This document shows positions 53,996 through 62,239 of a stretch of DNA of 64,000 nt, in pieces. Under the pieces are notes generated by a model. That model worked only from the letters and a program-made list of their open reading frames with translations. It was not told the origin of the DNA and ran no database searches. How positions within the stretch are numbered: position 1 is the stretch's first letter; each line of letters begins with the position of its first letter. A program made the translations under genes and the position numbers. The stretch is taken from the IMG/VR virus record IMGVR_UViG_3300045125_000071, positions 124,001 to 188,000 of that record; one strand, written 5' to 3'.

Positions 53996-54193
53996 ATGGC
54001 CAAAAGATACCAGGTCATTTCGCCAGACGGGTTCACCATCGAATTCGATGTGTGGGCATATCCATCAAAGAAAAAGGCAAAAGAGGCTTTTGAGAAGTGG
54101 AAGGAAAGATATACCAGACAAGGATATTATTCATCCGTGAAGTATGGTAGAATTCCTTTAGCCGAATTGGAAAATTATTGTCAAATTGGATAA
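53996..54193 (+). CDS. hypothetical protein
   Basis: V.SPDG..I...; R...QGYYSS...IPL. Confidence 0.7.
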   Translation: MAKRYQVISPDGFTIEFDVWAYPSKKKAKEAFEKWKERYTRQGYYSSVKYGRIPLAELENYCQIG

Positions 54194-54205
54194 AATTAAA
54201 ACAAA

Positions 54206-54391
54206 ATGAAACTTCGTAACTACATCCTGACTCTGGACGCAAAAGTTCAAAACCTTTACAAGAATACGATTGAGACAATGCATATGCAAGCATATAATTT
54301 GCGTGATGCAAAGGTGAAATCTTCAAGAATTGCACGTGATTACAACATGAAAGTTGTAAGTGTAAAACTGAACAGAGCGATTCATTTTTAA
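54206..54391 (+). CDS. hypothetical protein
   Basis: ORF track, in operon. Confidence 0.65.
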   Translation: MKLRNYILTLDAKVQNLYKNTIETMHMQAYNLRDAKVKSSRIARDYNMKVVSVKLNRAIHF

Positions 54392-54403
54392 ATTATAAAC
54401 ACA

Positions 54404-54778
54404 ATGAAAAAGATTCTTGAAAAAATCAGAAAAGCTTACGAGAAACACGGACAGGCTGCGGCTTTCGATGTCGCCAACGAACATGGGTTGAAGTACGAGT
54501 ACTGTTGGACTTGTGAAACGTCAAGCCCCGCTGTTGACCATCAATGTGCTATCTGTGGATGCGACACAACAACGCGTATGACACATACCGAGTTTTTCGA
54601 AAGAACGGATTACATTACTCTGGGACAGCAGAAGCTAACGCTGTTGGCTATTCTGGATAAAGGTGGATTGCACTCAACCCAGGTCGAAGACATTGAAGGA
54701 TTAATAAATTTCATCGACAGCTTTCAAGACACAGCCATTGATAATGGTATGAAAGAAGAAGATGTTTTTATAAATTAA
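54404..54778 (+). CDS. hypothetical protein with CxxC...CxxC
   Basis: YEYCWTCE...CAICG. Confidence 0.7.
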   Translation: MKKILEKIRKAYEKHGQAAAFDVANEHGLKYEYCWTCETSSPAVDHQCAICGCDTTTRMTHTEFFERTDYITLGQQKLTLLAILDKGGLHSTQVEDIEGLINFIDSFQDTAIDNGMKEEDVFIN

Positions 54779-54828
54779 ATTTGCGTAATTGATATAAACG
54801 TATTACCTTTATACCAAAATTCAGAAAC

Positions 54829-55029
54829 ATGGCACTCAAAAAACACATTCCAACAATCGAAGACAGAATCCAAGAAAGGAAAGATGTTCATGCAATGTTG
54901 AAGACATCGATGAAAGAAGTAAAAAGTCTTATCAATTGCCTGGATAAAATCGACGAGCAAATAAAAAAATTGGAAAAAAGAAAACGAAAAAAAGAAAGTG
55001 TGAACCAAAGTTCAAAAAGATTGTTCTAA
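54829..55029 (+). CDS. small coiled-coil protein
   Basis: ORF track. Confidence 0.6.
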   Translation: MALKKHIPTIEDRIQERKDVHAMLKTSMKEVKSLINCLDKIDEQIKKLEKRKRKKESVNQSSKRLF

Positions 55030-55056
55030 ATAAGTAACCAACAAAAACCAGATAAA

Positions 55057-55329
55057 ATGAAAGTACAAGTAGTTTGCAAAGTTCCGAGCGGACATCAGCC
55101 AAAACCAGTCAAAATTCTTTGCGGTGGCTGCAAGAAAAACCCCGATGGTTCGTTTTCATTTGAAATGGAATTCGATACCAAGGTTGATGCAACCCAATGG
55201 TTGTATGATAGGGCATATGAAATCGCAAAAGATGATAAGGAACTCAAGCGGCTCAATTCGCAAATCAGGGTTCACAAGAAACTGAGCTATGATGTTGCGA
55301 CAGCAAAAATCATGCGTGTCAAAAACTAA
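55057..55329 (+). CDS. hypothetical protein
   Basis: ORF track. Confidence 0.65.
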   Translation: MKVQVVCKVPSGHQPKPVKILCGGCKKNPDGSFSFEMEFDTKVDATQWLYDRAYEIAKDDKELKRLNSQIRVHKKLSYDVATAKIMRVKN

Positions 55330-55331
55330 TC

Positions 55332-55514
55332 ATGTCAAAAAGAGTTATCAAGTACGAAGTAATCGTCTGTGGTGAGGTCATCAAGGTCGAAAACCTAAAA
55401 GAGGCTGAGGACAGGTTGAAGAGGCACGAACTATCGGACTTCGCACCATCCTACATCCTCCGAAAGGAGTTCTCCCAGAAAGGGAATTTGCTGGATGTGA
55501 TAATGGTGGGTTAA
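55332..55514 (+). CDS. hypothetical protein
   Basis: ORF track; terminator follows. Confidence 0.6.
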   Translation: MSKRVIKYEVIVCGEVIKVENLKEAEDRLKRHELSDFAPSYILRKEFSQKGNLLDVIMVG

Positions 55515-55674
55515 CTCATTGCGGATGGGTTCATGAGGACAAGGAGATGCCGAAAGGTGTCTCCTTTTTTATGAAATTATTATCAAATATTTTGTTAATG
55601 TGGAAAAGATTATATATTTTTGCACGTACAATACACAATATGTTGATATTTTTGCACAAGTAAATCAAATCAAA

Positions 55675-55905
55675 ATGAGTAAAGCCGAAACCGTAAACCT
55701 AACAGACAAGTTGAACAGAAAACACATACGACTTGTCCTGTCCGATGACGGAAAGGGCGTATGGGAACGATGGGAGTCAAAGGACAAACATAAGTGGGTT
55801 AAAACCCATGAATCTCTTTCTGTTCAAAATGTTATCAAGGAACAGGAGGAAGTTAAAACCCGAAACTATTTCAATCTATTCAGAATAATCTTTTCCAAAC
55901 GATAG
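55675..55905 (+). CDS. hypothetical protein
   Basis: Start MSKAETV; terminator follows. Confidence 0.6.
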   Translation: MSKAETVNLTDKLNRKHIRLVLSDDGKGVWERWESKDKHKWVKTHESLSVQNVIKEQEEVKTRNYFNLFRIIFSKR

Positions 55906-56001
55906 TTCTGTGAGATAGCTATTGTTGGTTTTAGTTCGAAAGCCCCGCAGTTTTGTGGGGCTTTTTTATTTGTTCGAGAGTCGTCCTGGTTAACAGCTCC
56001 A

Positions 56002-56043
56002 GATTTTGTCTAGTTTTGGAACGATTTAAAACTAGACAAAATC
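56002..56043. repeat. cassette palindrome 22
   Basis: Consensus arms, N12. Confidence 0.95.
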
Positions 56044-56111
56044 CATCCAGGGAAAAAATTTTGCATATCAAAGTATTATTTGTATATTTGTGTAAACAAA
56101 ACATATCACAT

Positions 56112-56872
56112 ATGAAGTTTAAATCAATTGCGGAAGCCAAGAGACAAACGGGCTTATCTTACCTGGGCAATGTTAACCACAGCGCAAAGCATGAAAAGAA
56201 CGCGAAGTACAATGAGCTTGTATATGCATTATATCTGGCTCCAGCTAAGCTGTCTGGTTACAATGTTTGTCCAAAGTCGAACGCCGAATGTCGGTTATTA
56301 TGTCTGAATGAAAGCGGACAAAATAAGATGGACAAGGGGAATATCAATAATGCCCGAATCAAAAAAACAAAACTGTTTTTCGAGGACAGACAGTTTTTCA
56401 TGGAATGGCTGGTGGCTGAAATCAAACGCTACAAAACCAAAGCCAAAACGATGGGGTATCATTTCAGCATTCAGATTGAATAATACGTCGGATATCAGTC
56501 CCGAACAATTTCATATGGAAATCGATGGGGAACGGAAAAATATACTACAGCTGTTTCCCAGATGTACAGTTTTACGATTATACCAAAGTGGACAATCGAA
56601 TTGACATTGTCAACAAACATACCAACTATGACCTTACCTTCTCGTATGACGGGTACAATTGGGAGGTCTGTGAAAAGATGCTGAAGAACAATGTTCGGGT
56701 GGCGGTTGTCTTCGCAAAGCAACTTCCTGAACAATGGCGGGGACATAACGTCATCAGCGGGGACGACTACGATGTGCGCTTCCGTGACGACAGGAACGTC
56801 ATTGTCGGCCTGAAGTTCAAGCAGGTACGGAACAAGTATACCAAGGACATGAAGTTCGTGGTGCAGGACTAA
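56112..56872 (+). CDS. GP88-like protein (mycobacteriophage gene product 88 family; frameshifted)
   Basis: LYLAPA..SG.NVCP....C...CL..SG; RLN.TSDI; FYDYTK; YDLTFS; D..D.RF.D...VGLK.K. Confidence 0.7.
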
Positions 56873-56939
56873 CGGTTCAGGGATAATGGTCCATCCCCCA
56901 GGAAAAACCTGGGGGATTTTTTTATCTCAGCACGAGCAA

Positions 56940-56986
56940 GATTTTGTCTAGTTTTAAAACCGCGTATGACAAAACTAGACAAAATC
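56940..56986. repeat. cassette palindrome 23
   Basis: Consensus arms, N17. Confidence 0.95.
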
Positions 56987-57157
56987 CAATCTGGTGCCAG
57001 CAGGTCATAAAAAATTGTTAAAAAAATATTTGTTAAAAGGTATTAATGTTTTAGCTTTGTGTTTGAATATGTCAAATTTGACATCTTTGAAATCAGAACA
57101 AAAACATTATGTTTTGTTTATGTTGGTTCTCGTGTTATATTTGTATGTGTGGGGTAT

Positions 57158-57727
57158 ATGGAGAGTCGTATTTTAATTACAGGTGATTCCAAATCACTGC
57201 GCAATCTGGCTGGGGACTTCGGCAACTTGTACGATGACCCTGAAAGGTTATTCATGTCTTCCATGGTTGGGATAGCAGCTGACGGTTGTTCGAATCTGGT
57301 GCATTTTGGTAGTCCATATGATGAAGTTGTTGATTCATTTGACTACTCTTATTTTGCTGGTGAAATCAAAGCGTCCTTTACTTCTGATTATCCCTGCAAA
57401 GAATTCTTCATTAAGCTTTCAAGGAAGTACGGTGTATCTATCCGTGTGGTATACATCGATTTTGGGTTACCATATAATTCAGGTTCTTATACTATAGTTG
57501 ATGGTAGATTATGGGTACCAATAACGTATGAAACGGCGTATGAATGTCTGTACCAGAACTTTACAAAAGAATTCTGGACCTATTTAAAACACGGGACACA
57601 TTTGAAACATCTTAAACCAAGCGAATCAATTGACCAATTCATCGACAGGTTTTTTGGTTACGTATTACACCAGGACCTAGAAGAGATTCGCAGGTTGCAC
57701 CAGGAAATAGTAACGAGCATTTCTTAA
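57158..57727 (+). CDS. hypothetical protein (possibly YubB/DUF1281-like ferredoxin fold)
   Basis: I.ITGD...L..L; F.S.YP..EF...LS.KY.V.....Y...G...SG; weak resemblance. Confidence 0.55.
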   Translation: MESRILITGDSKSLRNLAGDFGNLYDDPERLFMSSMVGIAADGCSNLVHFGSPYDEVVDSFDYSYFAGEIKASFTSDYPCKEFFIKLSRKYGVSIRVVYIDFGLPYNSGSYTIVDGRLWVPITYETAYECLYQNFTKEFWTYLKHGTHLKHLKPSESIDQFIDRFFGYVLHQDLEEIRRLHQEIVTSIS

Positions 57728-57741
57728 AAAAACAAACAAAA

Positions 57742-58251
57742 ATGGGAAGAGTTAACAAACGGACTAAGTCAGCATTCGCAGATTTAACTGGAAACGAGAG
57801 GGAAGTAAGCGCGTATGACATATTCCTTAACTTGAACAATCCAACGGAACCGTCGAGTACTCTGCTGGGCCTAATCTCCAATTATAGGGTGTATATCGAA
57901 TCAAACAGGTTGGTCATCGAGCGAATCGGATTGGTGGAAGAATTAATCATGCAACTCAGGACGTATGAAAACATGGATGACATTAAGATATCCAACATCA
58001 GGAACTACATCTACGCTCGTGCGCCTTTCTACAGGAAGGACATCAAGACCAAGGATGTTCGTGTCATCGTGGACAGCACCGATATTTGGAATGTACCTCT
58101 GGATGAGCTAAATTCGAACGAGGAATTCATGAACAAAGCCAAGGAGGCCCTGAGGGAAAAGATGAAAGCTGTCATCGATAAGAACCTGGAACGACTTCAG
58201 GAACTGAATGAAAAGATTTCATCTGAAATGAAAGTTGGGGTGGATGATTAA
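57742..58251 (+). CDS. hypothetical protein (ARAPF motif)
   Basis: YIYARAPFYRKD; similar to 58537. Confidence 0.75.
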   Translation: MGRVNKRTKSAFADLTGNEREVSAYDIFLNLNNPTEPSSTLLGLISNYRVYIESNRLVIERIGLVEELIMQLRTYENMDDIKISNIRNYIYARAPFYRKDIKTKDVRVIVDSTDIWNVPLDELNSNEEFMNKAKEALREKMKAVIDKNLERLQELNEKISSEMKVGVDD

Positions 58252-58277
58252 TCACGTATTACATAAATCTAACAAAT

Positions 58278-58547
58278 ATGGAAAACAGTGTTTACACTCA
58301 GGAGACGTATGACAAGTATTTTAAAGCGGCTGAGGATTACGCCAGGATGTGGGGAATCACTGATGTTCATGTAATAGAAATCATGACATCGGTAATGTTG
58401 CACAGGGATAATCTGAGACCTGGTGGTGGCTTTGTACAGTCAGTTGTCGCCAACGACCTGTATCAGGCTATCAATAGAGCTGATGATACCTGCATTAAGT
58501 ACTTGAAACAAATTGTTGCGGCTAAATACAATTGTCATGTCAGATAA
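58278..58547 (+). CDS. hypothetical phage protein
   Basis: PGGGFVQSV..NDL..A..RAD. Confidence 0.75.
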   Translation: MENSVYTQETYDKYFKAAEDYARMWGITDVHVIEIMTSVMLHRDNLRPGGGFVQSVVANDLYQAINRADDTCIKYLKQIVAAKYNCHVR

Positions 58548-59073
58548 GAAGATAAAGGTTAATGGTGTCTTCACCAAGATTTCAGGTGATGATAAAAAAC
58601 TGTCTGAATGGGAAGTGTTTAAATCAAACACCGCCCGCGCCGCAGCTAAGATTGGTAATAATACCAAAAAAGCTCGCATACAGGCTAAGCTTAAGCGTTA
58701 CAGTGAAATCATCCAGAGCGAACAGTTCATCAGCATGATTGCAGAACTGACTCAGCTGGAACATGAAATCATACAGAATCAGTGCTCGGTAAACCCAAAG
58801 ATTACCATGGGCACCCTGAAACAAACCAGGAACGGCAACGTCGTGGAACATCTGATTGCGCGTGCACCATTCCCATTCAAGGATAAGAACAGAAATGAAT
58901 TTCGCATGTATCTGGGGAAAATGGGCGAACTTCCATATGCGACGGTGGAGGATGTGTGCAAGGATTCCAGGTTCATGGTCGAAGTGGAGAAAAAGGTCGT
59001 TTCAGCAATGAACGATATCATCGCTGGAAAAACCAATTCAAAAGTATATATGGGTAACAATCCAGAGACATGA
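58537..59073 (+). CDS. hypothetical protein (ARAPF motif)
   Basis: HLIARAPFPFKD; similar to 57742. Confidence 0.7.
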   Translation: MSDKKIKVNGVFTKISGDDKKLSEWEVFKSNTARAAAKIGNNTKKARIQAKLKRYSEIIQSEQFISMIAELTQLEHEIIQNQCSVNPKITMGTLKQTRNGNVVEHLIARAPFPFKDKNRNEFRMYLGKMGELPYATVEDVCKDSRFMVEVEKKVVSAMNDIIAGKTNSKVYMGNNPET

Positions 59074-59206
59074 GAAAAATATTGAAGTGGGCGGAATGGA
59101 AAATTGATTTATATATCGCCTATTTTATGTACAATCCAGGTAAACGGTACCACTATCATCGCTACATGATTAAAAAGTGGGGTGATAAATATTTAAATAC
59201 GTTTCA

Positions 59207-59644
59207 ATGAATCGACCAAATGAGCAATTGGGGTCCGCAGCCCCATCGCCATGGACAATCGCACCAATGGCATTGCTGGCTCTTTTCCTTTCCTTCTTCG
59301 GATTCCCATTTCTATTCCTAGTTGTAATTTACCAGTTCTTCGAACTCTGGTTCTGGGACTATGAATTGTATGACCGAACCATCGTGGAAAAGAAAGGAAT
59401 ATTCTCCGTGTCATACAGGGAGGTTCATTACGCCCGAATCAAATCAATCATGGTGGACCAACCATTCCTGCTCCGCATAGTGGGTCTGTCGAACATCACC
59501 ATCAAATCAAGTGACCCTTACATGCCCATCCTGGAAATAAAAGCGGTTTCAGATGGTTTGCAATTAAAGGAGTTCATCAGCCAGAAAATGTACGAATGGC
59601 GAAAAGCCGAAGGCATTAAGGAATTCGATATGTACAATCTGTAA
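59207..59644 (+). CDS. membrane protein with bacterial PH domain (bPH_2/YdbS-like)
   Basis: TM helix, then YEL....I..K.GIF......VHY.RI.SI...QP.L.RI.GL..I.I. Confidence 0.8.
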   Translation: MNRPNEQLGSAAPSPWTIAPMALLALFLSFFGFPFLFLVVIYQFFELWFWDYELYDRTIVEKKGIFSVSYREVHYARIKSIMVDQPFLLRIVGLSNITIKSSDPYMPILEIKAVSDGLQLKEFISQKMYEWRKAEGIKEFDMYNL

Positions 59645-59735
59645 TTCCCGCGTATTACATTTTCAAAAAAAAGTTGCCCTGAAATTTTTTTATTCGGCCA
59701 GAATTTGTTATATTTTATATATAAACAAATGTAAA

Positions 59736-59942
59736 ATGAATAACAAAAAAATGAAAAGGGTCGGCACCCAAAAGAACGCCAGCAATTACACCCGCACAGG
59801 GAATAACATCTACTTCGACGGCTACTCGTACCGTGTACGCGTGAGCGTAGATGGTGTCAGGTACAGCAGGAACTTTACAACAAAGAAAGCAGCAATGCAG
59901 TACCGTAAACAATTGCTCTCCGAGCAACTAGAAGTCGCGTAA
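59736..59942 (+). CDS. small AP2/Arm-type DNA-binding protein
   Basis: NIYF...SYRVRV...G...S..F.TKK.A..YR. Confidence 0.6.
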   Translation: MNNKKMKRVGTQKNASNYTRTGNNIYFDGYSYRVRVSVDGVRYSRNFTTKKAAMQYRKQLLSEQLEVA

Positions 59943-60039
59943 TACAATAATCTTGCATGCCGTGCAATGCCAGTGCTTTATGTACTGGCATTTTTTTTGC
60001 ACAACATATTACAAAAATTTATATATGTATTACTACCGC

Positions 60040-60057
60040 ATGTTCCACGTGGAACAT
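60040..60057. promoter_or_regulatory. parS: parS-like centromere palindrome
   Basis: ATGTTCCACGTGGAACAT, an 18-bp perfect palindrome whose core fits the consensus TGTTNCACGTGNAACA. Confidence 0.75.
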
Positions 60058-60106
60058 ATCCTGGCGGCTCCGCGTATGACAATGTGTATGTATGACACAT
60101 TATTAG

Positions 60107-60115
60107 TTATCCACA
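60107..60115 (+). promoter_or_regulatory. DnaA box
   Basis: TTATCCACA exact consensus, single copy. Confidence 0.35.
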
Positions 60116-60389
60116 ATATATGCACTGACATTATGACATGCCAGGGCCAGAAATTTTGTCAGTAGGTCGAGATTGGGACGTAGGACAATCCCCAAATGTA
60201 TTACAACTATTTTACATATTATCTACTTATTTATATTCAATATATTAGAACTGAATTTTTGTGGGTTTGTAATACTTAAAACGCCAATAAATTAATTACG
60301 ACAAAATGACCTGACTAAATAACCCTTTTAGATTACAAACAACTGACATTATGTTAGTAACATTTCTTTGCACAATAACATAAATTATA

Positions 60390-60725
60390 TTAGTGTGCAT
60401 CCCATATTAGGGGTTCATCGCAGTTCGGACATTCATTAAGAACCAGTAAATTATTCTTTCGGAAGCTCCATTTTTCTACTATCTCTTTATCGTTTTCAGT
60501 TAGTTTTCGGTATCCATCAAGACAACCTATCTCGCCATTTATGTCATAGTATTTTCCTTTGTACCTTGTAATGACATGGTTCATTTCCTGGTTTATGTAT
60601 GGTATACAATTCTTATACATTCTACTTAGTAATACATGGAACCTATAACATCCTCCCCTTGTAAAAATATATTCCATGTATCCATCGGTGTTCCTTAGTT
60701 CATCTATGAATTTTTCCAAAGTCAT
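60390..60725 (-). CDS. hypothetical phage protein
   Basis: YIFTRGGCYRFH..L...Y...H.......YYDI.G. Confidence 0.75.
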   Translation of the reverse strand: MTLEKFIDELRNTDGYMEYIFTRGGCYRFHVLLSRMYKNCIPYINQEMNHVITRYKGKYYDINGEIGCLDGYRKLTENDKEIVEKWSFRKNNLLVLNECPNCDEPLIWDAH

Positions 60726-61326
60726 AGTTCTTCCTTTCCTATTTGCAGGGTCTTCAGGTGTTTGATTAGTTCTTCTAGGTTATAGGGTTCAAAGTCTGGG
60801 TTTCCGTCAATACCTATATCCATTCTCCTACCTTTTGAAATCTTCATTATGGTTAGGAAGATGACAATGACCGTGTAGGTGTATGCGACCTTTACGGAGG
60901 TTGTTCCATGTTTCCAAAGGGTAGTGCATACATTCTATGGTTTCTTCTTTGTATTCGAATTGTTCGAACCAATTTACGGATAGGAATAATTTTTCTTATG
61001 TTATTATGATTCTTATCAATGTGATGGTCATGGTTACCGAGAATGAGGTGTATGTTTTTACATATGATTCTATTACGGAATTCTTCGATGTTTTCAAATC
61101 CACCGAAACTCCAATCTCCCAGGTGTATTAGAATATCGTCTTCTTTAACAAGGTTGTTTATATTGTTGACGATTGCATCATTCATCTCTTCAAGGGTATT
61201 GAAGTTCCTTGTTCTTTCTGTGGGTATTTCTCCTTCTGGTGTTCTCCAATTTGTTGTTCCTCTACAGATATTTTTCTGTGAGTAATGGGTATCGGAGGTT
61301 AACCATATGGTTTTATTGTTATCCAA
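60722..61326 (-). CDS. calcineurin-like metallophosphoesterase (frameshifted)
   Basis: TSDTH, HLGD, GNHD, C-terminal HLHGH.H. Confidence 0.85.
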
Positions 61327-61347
61327 TTTTTATCATTCTCCAACATT

Positions 61348-62214
61348 TTAAAAATAATCCTTAATAAATAATGAATCCCAGTTTGTTTTATTGTTGCTTC
61401 TGCTTGATGGTGCAAAGTATTCTTCCACCGCATTTATATAAAACGAGTGTTCCCCTTGATTGAAGACATTCCAGTTATCATCGCTGAAGAATCGTTTCAT
61501 ATTCAATTGTTCCAATGCCAGGTTGTCAAATGATGTTACATCGAATATATTAAACATCTTTCTTACCCACCAAAACCATTGCCGATGGTTCTTTGTGGTT
61601 AAATCAACCTTTCCCTCATTGAAACCGAAATTCTTTTCTCCCAATATTAATATCTTCCTAACACCTTTATTCCTTAGATTGATTACATCCATAATGCTGT
61701 CAATCCCCGCGATTACATGGATAACCGTGTGCTCGTAAGCCAATATGGATTCTGGCACCTTCCAATTTAAATGATGACCGATATGATATCCCCAAACCCT
61801 TAATCAACCCATTGTGGATTAGAGATTTTAATATCTTCTCATCCCTGTTTATATGACCCTGATTTATGGTTAAATTGACAATATATCCCTTGCCAATTGC
61901 TCCAGCGAATAAAATCAAATAAATCCATTGTGATTTCATTTGCCCCAATTGCAAGTTCAACCCCCTTTGGAAGACCCGTTAACCTATCCTTTAACTTATG
62001 ATAATCACATTCATCCCCATCGGTTCTTGCGGATTCATGACAAAATTTGCAAAATGCCGAATTGGTCTTTGGATTATATCCATATGCGCATTTTGTGCTT
62101 AACCCTTATGTCGATGTTCAAAGGATAATCCAATTCAAGCGTGTTCTCAAATTGAATTACCCTTGTCCCATCTCCATGCAATTCAATCATTGCATTTCCG
62201 TTATTGTATATCAT
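61348..62214 (-). CDS. radical SAM protein (frameshifted)
   Basis: Read by eye: MIYNNGN...DGT...DIRV.TKC.YG...FCKFCHESA...ELAIG. Confidence 0.6.
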
Positions 62215-62239
62215 TGTTTGTCCCGCGAAATTATAAATC

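Larger units (their letters stand above)
29007..56923 (+). terminator. series of intrinsic terminators closing each cassette
   Basis: GC hairpin plus U-tract at about 29007, 29721, 30512, 31560, 32129, 32729, 33310, 33780, 34373, 34944, 35530, 36328, 38157, 38977, 41452, 42008, 42853, 43209, 44847, 45928, 46726, 50561, 52188, 53588, 55542, 55939, 56892; many use a CCGAAAGG GAAA tetraloop. Confidence 0.85.
28610..57145 (+). promoter_or_regulatory. Bacteroidota sigma-type early promoters, one downstream of nearly every palindrome
   Basis: TAnnTTTG -7 boxes at about 28672, 29194, 30067, 30853, 31782, 32346, 32934, 33503, 33971, 34561, 36528, 38331, 39184, 41647, 42213, 43386, 45054, 46914, 50731, 52351, 56083, usually preceded by TTTAACA/TTAAC(A); matches the known Bacteroidota -7 consensus. 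Confidence 0.75.

Noticed and set aside
28563-56986. CRISPR array or mini-arrays
   Set aside because: The repeats are separated by 0.5-4 kb of genes, not ~30-bp spacers. The only short variable part is the palindrome's internal loop, which is often shared between copies. No cas genes in the window.
28563-56986. XerCD dif/pdif or loxP-type sites
   Set aside because: The arms do not resemble XerC/XerD boxes and the spacer varies from 10 to 19 nt rather than a fixed 6-8 nt.
59736-59942. Integrase for the array
   Set aside because: Only a 68-aa Arm/AP2-like domain, with no catalytic R-H-R-Y or serine-recombinase domain.
60107-60115. A full DnaA-dependent origin
   Set aside because: Only one DnaA box is visible; kept only as weak support beside parS.
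28800-60200. Many minus-strand and alternative-frame ORFs in the track (e.g. 29465-29659, 45344-46183, 42176-42487, 59953-60165)
   Set aside because: They are shadows of plus-strand genes that have clear promoters, leaders and terminators, or they overlap non-coding motifs.
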